47,075 nucleotides of DNA from an uncultured Eubacteriales bacterium (GTDB lineage: Bacteria; Bacillota; Clostridia; Oscillospirales; CAG-272): the NCBI GenBank assembly GCA_934446285.1, contig CAKSEI010000002.1, positions 1 through 47,075 of the forward strand, given 5' to 3'. The position numbers and the translations under genes are program-made. Position 1 is the stretch's first letter, and every line of letters starts with the position of its first letter. Below the pieces are notes generated by a model, which did no database searches, had not been told where the DNA came from, and worked only from the letters and a program-made list of their open reading frames with translations. Shown piece by piece: positions 1-9,434 of the stretch.

Positions 1-2
1 AT

Positions 3-1220
3 GCAGAGGGCACGGGTCACGACGAGGAGAACTGCCGTTATATCGAGAGAATAGTAAAGACCATGCTCTGGGTTCGCGGCGGATATAAGGTCATTATCGC
101 CGGCTCAAAGGTTGTCGCCGACTATATCGCCGACGCATACCGCAAGGGCGGCGCGAGAGAGTTTGATGCCGACTTTATGGCGAGAGTCTACGAGAAGCCG
201 TTTGAGGTTGAATGGCGCTCGATAGACAACGCTCCCGAGACGGATGAGAGCGCAGCTCCCGTAGGACGCCACCTTGACGGTTGCCGCATAGGCTTTGACG
301 CGGGCGGAAGCGACCGTAAGGTTTCCGCCGTCGTAAACGGCGAGAGCGTGTATTCTGAGGAGGTAGTATGGTTCCCCAAGACCACGTCCGATCCGAAGTA
401 TCACTACGAAGGAATTCTCAACGCCATGAAGACCGCAGCGTCCAAGATGCCGCGCGTCGACGCTATCGGAGTTTCGAGCGCAGGCGTTTACGTTGACAAC
501 CGTATAATGGTTGCCTCGCTCTTCTTGAAGGTTTCCGATGAGGATTTCGACAAGTACGTAAAGAATATGTACATAGACGTTGCAAAGGAAATAGGCGATG
601 TGCCGCTCGAGGTTGCAAACGACGGTGACGTAACGGCTCTCGCGGGCGCTATGAGCCTTGAGGACACGGGCGTGCTCGGCATTGCCATGGGTACTTCCGA
701 GGCGGGCGGATACGTTGACCTTAACGGAAATATCACGGGCTGGCTCAACGAGCTTGCATTCGTTCCCGTAGACTATTGCCGCGACGCCATGATAGACGAG
801 TGGAGCGGAGATGTCGGATGCGGCGTCAAGTACTTCAGCCAGGATGCGGTAATCAAGCTTGCCCCCGCAGCGGGAATAGAGCTTGACCCTGAGCTGTCTC
901 CCGCAGAGAAGCTCAAGGTCGTACAGGGTCTCATGGCCGAGGGCGACGAAAGAGCGGCAAAGATATACGAGACTATAGGCGTCTACTTCGGTTACGCAAT
1001 AGCATACTACTCTACGTTCTACGATATCAAGCACGTGCTCATTATGGGACGCGTTACCTCCGGCAAGGGCGGAGAGATTGTGCTCGAGAGGGCACAGGCG
1101 GTTCTTGACACCGAGTTCCCCGAGACAGCGAAGGTAACCAAGCTTCACATCCCGGACGAAAAGGCACGCAGAGTCGGTCAGTCGGTTGCTGCGGCTTCTC
1201 TGCCCGAGATAAAGAAATAA
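3..1220 (+). CDS. ROK/ASKHA-fold sugar-kinase-like protein, probably 5'-truncated by the window edge
   Basis: ORF 63..1220 carries GFDAGGSDRKV, DAIGVSSAG, ANDGDVTALAG and LGIAMGTSEAGG, motifs typical of ROK/ASKHA phosphotransfer folds. The same frame has no stop back to nt 3, so the true start may lie upstream of the window. Confidence 0.7.
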   Translation, partial: AEGTGHDEENCRYIERIVKTMLWVRGGYKVIIAGSKVVADYIADAYRKGGAREFDADFMARVYEKPFEVEWRSIDNAPETDESAAPVGRHLDGCRIGFDAGGSDRKVSAVVNGESVYSEEVVWFPKTTSDPKYHYEGILNAMKTAASKMPRVDAIGVSSAGVYVDNRIMVASLFLKVSDEDFDKYVKNMYIDVAKEIGDVPLEVANDGDVTALAGAMSLEDTGVLGIAMGTSEAGGYVDLNGNITGWLNELAFVPVDYCRDAMIDEWSGDVGCGVKYFSQDAVIKLAPAAGIELDPELSPAEKLKVVQGLMAEGDERAAKIYETIGVYFGYAIAYYSTFYDIKHVLIMGRVTSGKGGEIVLERAQAVLDTEFPETAKVTKLHIPDEKARRVGQSVAAASLPEIKK

Positions 1221-1340
1221 ATATCGGGAAAAACCGGGGCGAGCGTCCGTTTTCGGACGGCATGGGAGACCCTGCCGCGCGGGCATGACGGGCGAAAACC
1301 CGTGTCTGCGGGACGGGCTCCCGCTCGCTCGTACCCGAAA

Positions 1341-1367
1341 GCTCCCGCTCGCGCGGGGGCTTTTCTT
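1341..1367 (+). terminator. Rho-independent terminator candidate after the ROK-like gene
   Basis: The GC-rich hairpin gctcccgc/tcgc/gcgggggc has 8 bp including one G-U and is followed by ttttctt. Confidence 0.5.
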
Positions 1368-1420
1368 GTAAACACGGGCGGCGGCAGAGCCGCAAAAAGC
1401 AATCCTGCACGGAGAAAAGA

Positions 1421-3145
1421 ATGAAACAGTGTACGAAATGCGGATGTGTAAACAGCGATATAAATAACTATTGCCGAAACTGCGGCAATCCCTTTATCAC
1501 GCTCACGGACGGCGAAAAAGACCGGGCGGAGAGCATAAAGAGTACGCCCGAGGCGGAAAACAAGCGGGCAGATGCGCGTATGGGCGGCGCACGGGCGGAG
1601 GATATTCCCGTGCGCACGGCACAGAGCGATAAATCGGATCGCGGAGAGGGCGTCGATATAGGCGCTCATGACGGCGGTTCTTACGGTACGACTGCGCCCG
1701 CAGAGGGTGCTTTTACCGACGAAACCCCGACTGCTCTGCCGCCTCTGCCCTCGCTCGACCTTGATGAGGATGAGAGCGCGGCAAACGGCACGGAGTCGGC
1801 TCGGCTCGGCGAACATGAAGAAAACGGCGGTGTGCATAGGTCTGAGCGCTTACACGGTGCGAACGTAAACTGCGATAATGACACATCAGCGGAGCGTGGA
1901 GGTTCGCCTGTTTCCGTCGGCGTTCCCGACGGTGTTTCAGACGGTTATAAGCAAATGCCCGCCGATTCATTCTTCGATTTGCGCACCGATGTACGGCAGG
2001 GGCGCAGCGCGGAGGCGGACGGGGCTTCCTCCGACGGGGATGCGGGAAACGGACAGGCGGACGCAGAGCAAAAGCGCGAAAACGCAGGCACGGCGGCATC
2101 TTCATGCGCAGACGGGACATCTGCTGCGTCGGGCACAGCGACAAACGCCGATACGGCAAAGACGGACGATGCTCTACGCTTATTCGAAGGCGGTGAAAAT
2201 AACGGCGGGAGTGACCCTTCCGAGAGCGAGGCGAGGGACGCGGGAAAAGAGTCGCCCGACACGCAACAGACGGAAAGCGGGAGCGCCGGGGGCGGGAAGA
2301 GCTATTCTCATATTCTCTCGGACGCTATCGCCGAGAGCGGACGCCCGGGGGTTGCTTTCATAGATTTTGACACGTCGGACGCACCCGTGCCCGCGCCGAA
2401 GCAACATGTCGGATCTGACGGAGAGAAGAGCGCCGCGGGGCAGTCGAGACTGTCGACTCACCCCGTGATAGACGCGCTGCGGCACGTATGGGGCGGAGGA
2501 GTCATGCTTGCGGCGAATATATGCATGAGCTTTGCCGTTGCCGCTGCGCTGCTGTCGCTGCTTATGCCTTTTACGATTATACTTTTGACTGACGACGGAT
2601 CCGCCGCGCCCGACAGGATATTTATAATATCCGTCGAGTTTCTCTCTTTGCTTATATCCGCTTTGCTCCTTGCGGGCATATGGCGGCTGTGGTACTGTGC
2701 GTGCGACAGACGGAAGAATTGGTTTGCCACGGGCGGGGTAACGCTTGTGCGCTCGGCACTTGTCATGTTCACGGTAGTTTGTGCGCTCGGTACGCTTTTC
2801 TCGGCGGGTTATCTCGGCTCACTTGTCTTTGACGGAACAGGCAAAACATCGGATCTTTACGCGCTTTACGGCGGAGCGGATGTCCGCACAACTGCCAAGG
2901 TACTTGCGGCGAGCACCTGGGGAATTGTCTTTTCGGCGCTCACCATGCGTGCGCTCGGAGCGATAAGGAAGGTTGCCCGCACGGGGAAGAGCGCCTCCGG
3001 CGTGAGTATTGCCTTTATCGTCATGTGCTTTGCTTCCGCCGTCGCCGTCGCCGTATTTTCGCCCGCTCTCAGCGCGGCGCTCGTGCTCTACGGCATATGC
3101 GCCGTCTTTCACCGCGTAAAGGTAGGAGGGAAAAACAAAAAATGA
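1421..3145 (+). CDS. Zinc-ribbon domain membrane protein with a long disordered linker
   Basis: The N-terminus CTKCGCVNSDINNYCRNCGNPF is a CxxC...CxxC zinc ribbon. About 300 aa of Ala/Gly/Asp/Ser/Glu-rich low-complexity sequence follows, then several hydrophobic helices (LAANICMSFAVAAALLSLL, FLSLLISALLLAGIW, VMFTVVCALGTLF, FIVMCFASAVAVAVF). The stop overlaps the next start (ATGA at 3142-3145). Confidence 0.75.
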   Translation: MKQCTKCGCVNSDINNYCRNCGNPFITLTDGEKDRAESIKSTPEAENKRADARMGGARAEDIPVRTAQSDKSDRGEGVDIGAHDGGSYGTTAPAEGAFTDETPTALPPLPSLDLDEDESAANGTESARLGEHEENGGVHRSERLHGANVNCDNDTSAERGGSPVSVGVPDGVSDGYKQMPADSFFDLRTDVRQGRSAEADGASSDGDAGNGQADAEQKRENAGTAASSCADGTSAASGTATNADTAKTDDALRLFEGGENNGGSDPSESEARDAGKESPDTQQTESGSAGGGKSYSHILSDAIAESGRPGVAFIDFDTSDAPVPAPKQHVGSDGEKSAAGQSRLSTHPVIDALRHVWGGGVMLAANICMSFAVAAALLSLLMPFTIILLTDDGSAAPDRIFIISVEFLSLLISALLLAGIWRLWYCACDRRKNWFATGGVTLVRSALVMFTVVCALGTLFSAGYLGSLVFDGTGKTSDLYALYGGADVRTTAKVLAASTWGIVFSALTMRALGAIRKVARTGKSASGVSIAFIVMCFASAVAVAVFSPALSAALVLYGICAVFHRVKVGGKNKK

Positions 3146-4419
3146 AAAAAGTAATTTCCATGCTCCTTGCACTTATACTGTTCGTGCCGTTTATGCCCGC
3201 GTCCATCGCAGGTCAGGAGATAATCGCGCGCGGAATAGACGTGTCGCGGTGGCAGGGAGAAATCGATTTCGCGGCGGTCAAGGCATCGGGCGTGGATTTT
3301 GTCATAATACGCATAGGCTACTCAAGCGCGATTGATATAAATTTTGAGAAAAATTATGCTGCCGCACGCGCAGCGGGACTTGATATCGGAGCTTATTTTT
3401 ATTCCTACGCGGAGAATACGGAAGAGGCGGTAAAGGATGCGCGCGATGCCGCCGCATGGCTGAAGGGCAAGCGCCTTGAGTACCCGCTCTACTACGATAT
3501 AGAGGACGAGGTGCAGGCGCCCCTCTCAAAAAGGGAGCTTACCGACCTTGCCGTTGCCTTTATGGACGAGGGCGCGCGGCTCGGGTGGTATACCGGGTTA
3601 TATTCAAACGAAAATTGGTTTACGAACTATTACGAGCAGGGCGCTTTTGACGGGTTTCCGCTGTGGCTTGCCAAGTGGCCGAAGTCGGGCAAGCCCGACA
3701 ACACCCCCGACGCGCCCTACGGGCTTTGGCAATATTCGTCAAAGGGGCGCGTGCCGGGCATTTCCACCGACGTCGACCTTGATGTGGCATTTTTTGACTA
3801 CCCGTCGTATATAAAAAAGCGTGCGCTGAACGGATATAAAGGGCCGGACTACGACCCGGATTTGCCCTTTGACGACGTGAAAATGTCGGCGTGGTACTAC
3901 GAGAGCGTAAAGAAAGTGTACGAGAGAGGAATATTCAACGGACTGTCCGAGAGCAAATTCGGACCGGACGGCAGTGTGACGCGCGGCATGTTTGCGACGA
4001 TAATCGGGCGCATGTGGGGAATAGACACGGCGCAATACACCGACCCGGGCTTTGTCGATGTCTCGCCCAAGGCGTACTACGCGCCGTACATAGAATGGGC
4101 GCGCGAGAGCGGCATTGTCGACGGTATCGGCATGGGGCACTTCTGCCCCGATGACTTTATAACGCGTGAGCAGATGTGCGCAATGATATACCGCTTTGCG
4201 GAGTTCGCTGGCATAGCCCTTGAGGGCGAAGAGACGACTTTTAAGGATGAAAAGGACATATCCTCATGGGCAAAGGAAGGCGTTCACGCGCTTGCCGCCG
4301 CGGGGATTGTCAGAGGCATGGGCGGCGGGATATTCTCGCCCAAGTCAGGCGCACGCCGCAGCGAGTGCGCCGCCATCACCGTGCGCATCCCGATGCCCGA
4401 CGCGGAGCAGAAAAATTAA
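3142..4419 (+). CDS. GH25 muramidase (lysozyme) with a signal peptide and C-terminal SLH repeats
   Basis: I chose the internal start at M40 of ORF 3025..4419 (MKKVISMLLALILFVPF signal peptide, GGAGGG upstream). GIDVSRWQGEIDF...VDFVIIRIGY...DIGAYFYSYA is the GH25 signature. The C-terminal repeats (FDDV..WYYESV..G.F.G......FGP...VTR, FVDV...YYAPYIEWA, FKDEKDISSWAKEGV) are SLH-like. Confidence 0.85.
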   Translation: MKKVISMLLALILFVPFMPASIAGQEIIARGIDVSRWQGEIDFAAVKASGVDFVIIRIGYSSAIDINFEKNYAAARAAGLDIGAYFYSYAENTEEAVKDARDAAAWLKGKRLEYPLYYDIEDEVQAPLSKRELTDLAVAFMDEGARLGWYTGLYSNENWFTNYYEQGAFDGFPLWLAKWPKSGKPDNTPDAPYGLWQYSSKGRVPGISTDVDLDVAFFDYPSYIKKRALNGYKGPDYDPDLPFDDVKMSAWYYESVKKVYERGIFNGLSESKFGPDGSVTRGMFATIIGRMWGIDTAQYTDPGFVDVSPKAYYAPYIEWARESGIVDGIGMGHFCPDDFITREQMCAMIYRFAEFAGIALEGEETTFKDEKDISSWAKEGVHALAAAGIVRGMGGGIFSPKSGARRSECAAITVRIPMPDAEQKN

Positions 4420-4492
4420 CAGTCGTATTTAGGTGGCTTTCCCGAAGAAGCGGCATTTACTATAACACAAACGAAAGGAGAGCCATTTGGCA

Positions 4493-4525
4493 GGAGAATC
4501 CCCCGAGAGGGGTTCTCTTTTTTTG
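4493..4525 (+). terminator. Rho-independent terminator
   Basis: The hairpin ggagaatcccc/gaga/ggggttctc is followed by a run of T. Confidence 0.7.
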
Positions 4526-4547
4526 ATTGGTTGGTTTTCGTATAACA

Positions 4548-5164
4548 AATACCGAGCTGCACTCTAAATTTGCTACAGAAAAGCTTTAATATAAAAAGCA
4601 AATATACCTGATGCAGGATGCCTCTTCCTCGGTTATTGAAAAGCCTGCGGACATGAAATATATGTCCGAGTACATCGACGCATACAGAAATATATGGCAA
4701 ACGCCGCGCCGTCCCATCGCGTAAAGGGGACACATGACGTTGATTTTGAGCAGGGACGGCACGAGATAGAATTCCGCAATGTTTCTTTCAGATATCCGAA
4801 CAGCGAAAGCTATGCGTTGAAAAACATATCCTTAAAAATAAAAAGCGGCGAGCATCTGTCGCTCGTCGAATATAACGACTCGGGCAAGAGCACGTTCGTA
4901 AAGCTTTTATGCCGGCTGTACGAGCCGACATCCGCCCTCGACCCCGTAACTGAATACGATATATTTAATCGCCTTCATACTGTATCAAAGGGAAAAACCG
5001 CGATTTATATTTCCCACCGTCTGTCGTCGTCGCGCTTTACGGATAAGGTCGCACTGCTCCGTGACGGAACTCTTGCGGAATTCGGTACGCATGAGGAGCT
5101 GATGACCTTGCCCGACGGCATATACCGCGAAATGTTCCGGACTCAGGCGCGGTACTACGTATAG
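4548..5164 (+). pseudogene. Decayed remnant of a fused permease/ATPase ABC exporter (3' part only; frameshifted with an internal deletion)
   Basis: ORF 4694..5164 encodes an NBD tail (EIEFRNVSFRYP...GKSTFVKLLCRLYEP|TSALD...KTAIYISHRLS...LPDGIYREMFRTQARYY). The Walker A motif is corrupted (VEYNDSGKST), and the region between LYEP and the D-loop SALD, which contains the Q-loop, ABC signature and Walker B, is missing. Upstream in another frame, ...ADMKYMSEYIDAYRNI... matches the linker (ENSAYVKNYIDFMQ) of the intact paralog at 40795..42582. No TMD is present. Confidence 0.75.
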
Positions 5165-5220
5165 ACCGCGCCGTTTTTGCAAAAAAAGTCGGATAAAGCG
5201 GCTCTTAGGCAAAAAATGGC

Positions 5221-5249
5221 TTGATATATAAGGCGATGTATGATAATAT
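5221..5249 (+). promoter_or_regulatory. Sigma-A-type promoter candidate for the ZTP-pflBA transcript
   Basis: TTGATA (5221-5226), a 17-nt spacer and TAATAT (5244-5249). Confidence 0.5.
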
Positions 5250-5285
5250 AATATAAAGAATGAATTACAACAGAGCATAAGAAAT

Positions 5286-5398
5286 TCTCCCGTGACTGAC
5301 GGAAAGCAAGCGGAAAAACCGCAGGGGAGCGGGGTTAAATATTTGGGAATTCGCAAAGCACGGCATCTGCCGCGCGGTTTCCGCCGACCGTCTGGGCA
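5286..5398 (+). promoter_or_regulatory. ZTP riboswitch (pfl motif)
   Basis: The 5' subdomain is cCCGUGACUGaCGgAaAG..GCGGAAAAACCGC..GGGGAGCG. The 3' subdomain is CGGCAUC...CCGCCGACCGuCUGGGCA. Both match the conserved cores I remember from characterized ZTP aptamers (GGGUCGUGACUGGCGAAC...GGGGAGCG and CCGCCUGGGCA). It lies directly upstream of pflB, the context that gave the motif its name. Confidence 0.85.
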
Positions 5399-5441
5399 TT
5401 ATCGCTGTTTCATAAAAAGCCGTGCAAAAGGGAGGAATACA

Positions 5442-7670
5442 ATGAAAGCATGGAAGAACTTTAATGGCGGAGATTGGGAAAGAGAAATCAACGTCCGCGA
5501 CTTTATTCAGAGAAACTATACGCCGTATGACGGCGACAGCTCCTTTCTCGCTCAGGCAACGGAGCGTACAAAGCTCTTACGCAAAGAGTTTGAGACGCTG
5601 CTCGCAAGGGAACGCGAGAACGGCGGAGTTTATAAGATAGATACCGAGACGGTCATCACCGTCACGGCTTTTGCACCCGGGTATATCGATAAGGAAAATG
5701 AGATAATCGTCGGACTTCAGACCGATGAGCCTCTAAAGCGCGCGTGCAACCCGTTCGGCGGTATGCGTATGGTGCGCGAGGCGTGCAAGCAGTACGGATA
5801 TGAGGTCTCACCGAAAATCGAGGAAGAATTCAAGTACCACAAGACGCACAACGACGGGGTTTTCTCCGCGTATACAAAGGATGTGCGCGAGGCGCGCCAC
5901 GTCGGACTCCTCACGGGACTGCCCGACGCATACGGACGCGGACGCATAATAGGCGACTACCGCAGAGTGGCTCTCTACGGCACTGACAGACTTATAGAAA
6001 AAAAACAGTGCGATAAGGACGCGCTCGGAGAAGTTCCCACGACCGAAAAGGAGATACGCTGCGCTGAGGAGCTAAGCGATCAGATAAAGGCACTGCGCGA
6101 CATGACCGCCATGGCAGCATCCTACGGCTTTGACATCAGCCGCCCGGCTGAGAACGCAAAGGAGGCGGTACAGTGGCTGTATTTCGCTTACCTCGCGGGC
6201 ATAAAGGAGCAGAACGGCGCTGCGACGAGCCTCGGACGCACGTCGACCTTCCTTGATATTTACTTTGAGAGAGATATCGCGGCGGGCGTTTTAAGTGAGA
6301 GCGAGGCACAGGAGATAATGGACGATTTCGTCCTGCATCTGCGTATGGCGCGTCATCTGAGAACGCCCGAGTACAACGAGCTTTTCGGCGGAGACCCCAT
6401 GTGGATAACCGAGGCAGTAGGCGGAGTCGGTGAGGACGGACGCCATATGGTAACAAAAAACAGCTACCGTATGCTCAATACCCTCTATAACCTTAATCCC
6501 GCCGCTGAGCCTAACCTCACCGTGCTATGGAGTGAGAAGCTGCCCCGGAGCTGGAAGAAGTTCATAGCTAAGGTCTCTATAGATACCGACGCGATACAGT
6601 ACGAGAACGACGACGTTATGCGCCCCTACTACGGCGACGATTATGCCATAGCCTGCTGCGTTTCTGCTATGCGCGTGGGCAAGGATATGCAGTTCTTCGG
6701 CGCGCGTGCGAACATTGCGAAGCTGCTTATGCTTGCGATAAACGGCGGACGCGACGAGAACAAATTTGAACAGGTTGGCCCCGAGATGCCCGTGATCGAC
6801 GGCGATGTCCTCGACTATGAGGAAGTGCTGCGCCGCCTTGACTTCTACCGCCCGTGGCTTGCAAAGACATACGTATCCGCTATGAATACCATACACTATA
6901 TGCACGACAAGTATGCGTATGAGAAGAGCCAGATGGCGCTGCACGACACTGACGTGCACAGAATGATGGCATTCGGTATCGCGGGTATGAGCTGCATGGC
7001 TGACTCTCTCTCAGCGATAAAATATGCAAAGGTAAAGCCGATACGTAATCCCGAGAACGGAATTATTACCGACTTTGAGATAGAGGGAGACTTCCCGAAA
7101 TTCGGAAACGACGACGACCGCGTTGATACAATTGCCTGCGAGCAGGTAGAGAAATTCTACGGTGCGCTTAAGCAGTTCCCGCTTTACCGCGGAGCAGAGC
7201 ACACGCTCTCGATACTTACGATAACGTCGAACGTCATGTACGGTAAAAAGACGGGCAATACCCCCGACGGCAGACACAGGGGAGAGCCGCTCGCTCCGGG
7301 CGCTAATCCCATGAGCGGACGCGACATATCGGGGGCGCTGGCATCCCTTAACTCGGTTGCAAAGCTGAGCTACGACTACTGCCGCGACGGCATATCAAAT
7401 ACATTCTCGATAACACCCGGGGCGCTCGGCGCGGATGACGGTGCGAGAGTAGAAAACCTTGTCACCATTCTCGGCGGATATTTCGCTCAGAAGGCACATC
7501 ACCTCAATGTCAATGTACTGAACAGAGAGACGCTTATCGCGGCGTATGAGCATCCCGAGCTTTATCCGAACCTTACCATCCGTGTCTCGGGATATGCGGT
7601 CAACTTCTACAAGCTGAGCCGCGAGCAGCAGCGTGAGGTTATCTCGCGCACCTTCCACGAGTCGGTTTAA
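5442..7670 (+). CDS. pflB: Pyruvate formate-lyase (formate C-acetyltransferase)
   Basis: I chose the internal start at M51 of ORF 5292..7670 (GGGAGG RBS 7 nt upstream), giving [32 protein letters not shown]. The active-site region is AIACCVSAM and the C-terminal glycyl-radical motif is [11 protein letters not shown]. Confidence 0.95.
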   Translation: MKAWKNFNGGDWEREINVRDFIQRNYTPYDGDSSFLAQATERTKLLRKEFETLLARERENGGVYKIDTETVITVTAFAPGYIDKENEIIVGLQTDEPLKRACNPFGGMRMVREACKQYGYEVSPKIEEEFKYHKTHNDGVFSAYTKDVREARHVGLLTGLPDAYGRGRIIGDYRRVALYGTDRLIEKKQCDKDALGEVPTTEKEIRCAEELSDQIKALRDMTAMAASYGFDISRPAENAKEAVQWLYFAYLAGIKEQNGAATSLGRTSTFLDIYFERDIAAGVLSESEAQEIMDDFVLHLRMARHLRTPEYNELFGGDPMWITEAVGGVGEDGRHMVTKNSYRMLNTLYNLNPAAEPNLTVLWSEKLPRSWKKFIAKVSIDTDAIQYENDDVMRPYYGDDYAIACCVSAMRVGKDMQFFGARANIAKLLMLAINGGRDENKFEQVGPEMPVIDGDVLDYEEVLRRLDFYRPWLAKTYVSAMNTIHYMHDKYAYEKSQMALHDTDVHRMMAFGIAGMSCMADSLSAIKYAKVKPIRNPENGIITDFEIEGDFPKFGNDDDRVDTIACEQVEKFYGALKQFPLYRGAEHTLSILTITSNVMYGKKTGNTPDGRHRGEPLAPGANPMSGRDISGALASLNSVAKLSYDYCRDGISNTFSITPGALGADDGARVENLVTILGGYFAQKAHHLNVNVLNRETLIAAYEHPELYPNLTIRVSGYAVNFYKLSREQQREVISRTFHESV

Positions 7671-7697
7671 GACGCGGTCACTTTTGAGGACAGAGTA

Positions 7698-8396
7698 TTG
7701 ACGGGAAGAATACATTCCGTTCAGTCGCTCGGCGCGGTGGACGGGCCGGGAGTGAGATGCGTTGTCTTTATGCAGGGCTGTCCGCTGCGCTGCCTCTACT
7801 GTCATAATCCCGATACATGGTCGCCCGCGGGCGGTGAGGAGGTCGACACGGACGCTCTCGTGCGGCGCGTGCTGCGTTTCCGCCCTTATTGGAGCGGGGG
7901 CGGCGGCGTGACCGTCTCGGGCGGCGAGCCGCTTATGCAGGCGGATTTTACGGCGGAGTTTTTCGCCGCTCTTCATACGCACGGCGTGCATACGGCGCTT
8001 GATACTTCGGGTATGTGTGAGCCCGAGAAAGCGGAGAGGGTGCTTGAGCACACCGACCTTGTGCTCTGCGACATGAAGTTCCTTTCCGAGGAGGAATACA
8101 GGGAGAATTGCCGCGCGGATTTTCACCGCGTGCGTGAGTTTCTCGACCTTACGGCGAGGGCGGGTGTGCCCCTGTGGATACGCCATGTGGTCGTGCCCGG
8201 GCTTACCGACGGGATAGAGTACATGCGGGGAATAAAGGCGGCGGCGGAGAAGTATCCGAACTTTGAGAAGCTTGAATTCCTGCCTTTCAGAAAGTTGTGC
8301 ATAGAGAAGTACGAGCGCATGGGAATACCTTTCCCGCTGCGCGACACACCTCCGATGAGCGAGGCTCGCTTAGACGAGCTGCGCTCGCGGCTTTGA
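7698..8396 (+). CDS. pflA: Pyruvate formate-lyase activating enzyme (radical SAM)
   Basis: TTG start. The product has GPGVRCVVFMQGCPLRCLYCHNPDTW (CxxxCxxC radical-SAM cluster) and GGVTVSGGEPL. It lies immediately downstream of pflB. Confidence 0.93.
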   Translation: MTGRIHSVQSLGAVDGPGVRCVVFMQGCPLRCLYCHNPDTWSPAGGEEVDTDALVRRVLRFRPYWSGGGGVTVSGGEPLMQADFTAEFFAALHTHGVHTALDTSGMCEPEKAERVLEHTDLVLCDMKFLSEEEYRENCRADFHRVREFLDLTARAGVPLWIRHVVVPGLTDGIEYMRGIKAAAEKYPNFEKLEFLPFRKLCIEKYERMGIPFPLRDTPPMSEARLDELRSRL

Positions 8397-8435
8397 TTTT
8401 GATTTCAAGTCCGATAGGACAGAAAAGAGGATAAA

Positions 8436-9323
8436 ATGGAAGCATTAAAGAAAGCGTTTTCGTCCGGGCAGTTCCTTGCCGCAACTATTCTCGCGACATG
8501 CTCCGTCGGCACGTCCCTTATCTTTTCCGCAAGCTTTGACATCATAGGCATATTGCTTGTCATAGGCATGTGGCTCACGTGGAACGCAGCGCGCAGCGGG
8601 GAAGTGAAGTGCCGTTTTCTGCGCGGCGTTGCCAAGGCAAAGGTTATTCTCACATGGGTGGCAATCGGTTTTCTCGCCCTCGGTGCGATACTGCTTTTCG
8701 TGTGTTCGGCGTTCGTAGGGTATGTGACCGATGCCGTCGTCGATGACGGCCTGCCGGGGGCGGTGGATGAATTGAAATTCACAGGAGTCAGCGACGAGAG
8801 GGCAAACGCAATCCTCGGGCAGTTCAATGAGCTGGTAAACGAAGATCACAGCGACCTTGATATCGACCTGCACATGGAGAACGGCAGACTGTACATCAAT
8901 GACAGGCGTATCGATTCGTCGCTTATTAAGGATATTTTTGACGACGATGATGCACGCACGGCATTGGCGCTGATATTTACATTTATATTTGTCGCCTTCG
9001 GTATCGGTATGATAATCGCCGCTGTTATAGCACTTGTCATAAATCTTGCCTATAACAGGAAGCTGTACGGATTTCTCGACGGTGCGTCGGGCGGCAGCCT
9101 CAACGTCAAGATGTTAAAGGGCTTGCGCGGGTGGTTTATGTTCTTTGCGGTGATAAAAATAATTTCCGCACTCGGCGGCATACTCATAGGCTCTCTTTCG
9201 TCCGCGTGCGACGCTGCGATGTATATAATACTTTTCATTATCGCCGGCAATGTGCTGAATGCGCAGAAGGCTCAAATCCCGCCTGAAGCTCCTGCCATGG
9301 AGTATCCGCAGGATAACGTATAA
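8436..9323 (+). CDS. Hypothetical multi-pass membrane protein
   Basis: AGAGGA RBS. There are several hydrophobic helices and a central acidic soluble segment. I did not recognize a family. Confidence 0.6.
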   Translation: MEALKKAFSSGQFLAATILATCSVGTSLIFSASFDIIGILLVIGMWLTWNAARSGEVKCRFLRGVAKAKVILTWVAIGFLALGAILLFVCSAFVGYVTDAVVDDGLPGAVDELKFTGVSDERANAILGQFNELVNEDHSDLDIDLHMENGRLYINDRRIDSSLIKDIFDDDDARTALALIFTFIFVAFGIGMIIAAVIALVINLAYNRKLYGFLDGASGGSLNVKMLKGLRGWFMFFAVIKIISALGGILIGSLSSACDAAMYIILFIIAGNVLNAQKAQIPPEAPAMEYPQDNV

Positions 9324-9380
9324 CCGGGATTCGGTAAGAGGAGAGCTCTCCCGATCAGCTTTTCGATAAAAGCTGACAAG

Positions 9381-9420
9381 AAAACTACTGCCGGGCTTAT
9401 TTAAGCCCGGCAGTAGTTTT
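9381..9420. terminator. Bidirectional terminator between convergent genes
   Basis: The perfect hairpin aaaactactgccgggctt/attt/aagcccggcagtagtttt has an A-run and a T-run on its two sides. It sits between the 9323 (+) and 9435 (-) gene ends. Confidence 0.8.
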
Positions 9421-9434
9421 TATATTGATTCTTT

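Noticed and set aside
105-1286. A 393-aa ORF on the minus strand, antisense to the ROK-like gene. Similar long antisense ORFs occur at 7395-8186, 25121-25711, 36162-37340, 38360-39118, 43780-44793 and 46117-46638.
   Set aside because: These are typical shadow ORFs of high-GC coding regions. Their products are Arg/Ala/Gly/Leu-rich and have no motifs. They fully overlap genes with strong family signatures, lack ribosome-binding sites and cross gene boundaries.
1221-1420. A GC-rich intergenic region with the direct repeat gctcccgctcgc (twice) and several hairpins upstream of the zinc-ribbon gene. I considered a riboswitch.
   Set aside because: I recognized no conserved riboswitch core. The most parsimonious reading is a terminator for the ROK-like gene plus GC-rich spacer.
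1668-2485. A cluster of overlapping ORFs (1713-2159 -, 1878-2363 +, 1945-2262 -, 2180-2485 -) inside the zinc-ribbon protein gene.
   Set aside because: They fall in the low-complexity GC-rich linker, where all frames stay open. There is no independent support for them.
5292-5441. The 50-codon N-terminal extension of pflB in the ORF track. Analogous extensions are listed for the ORFs at 3025, 11912, 18832, 21425, 27251, 32672, 34974, 36951 and 39721.
   Set aside because: The extensions run through the ZTP riboswitch, the T-box terminator or upstream genes, and they lack an RBS. In each case an internal ATG has a good Shine-Dalgarno sequence and gives the canonical family N-terminus.
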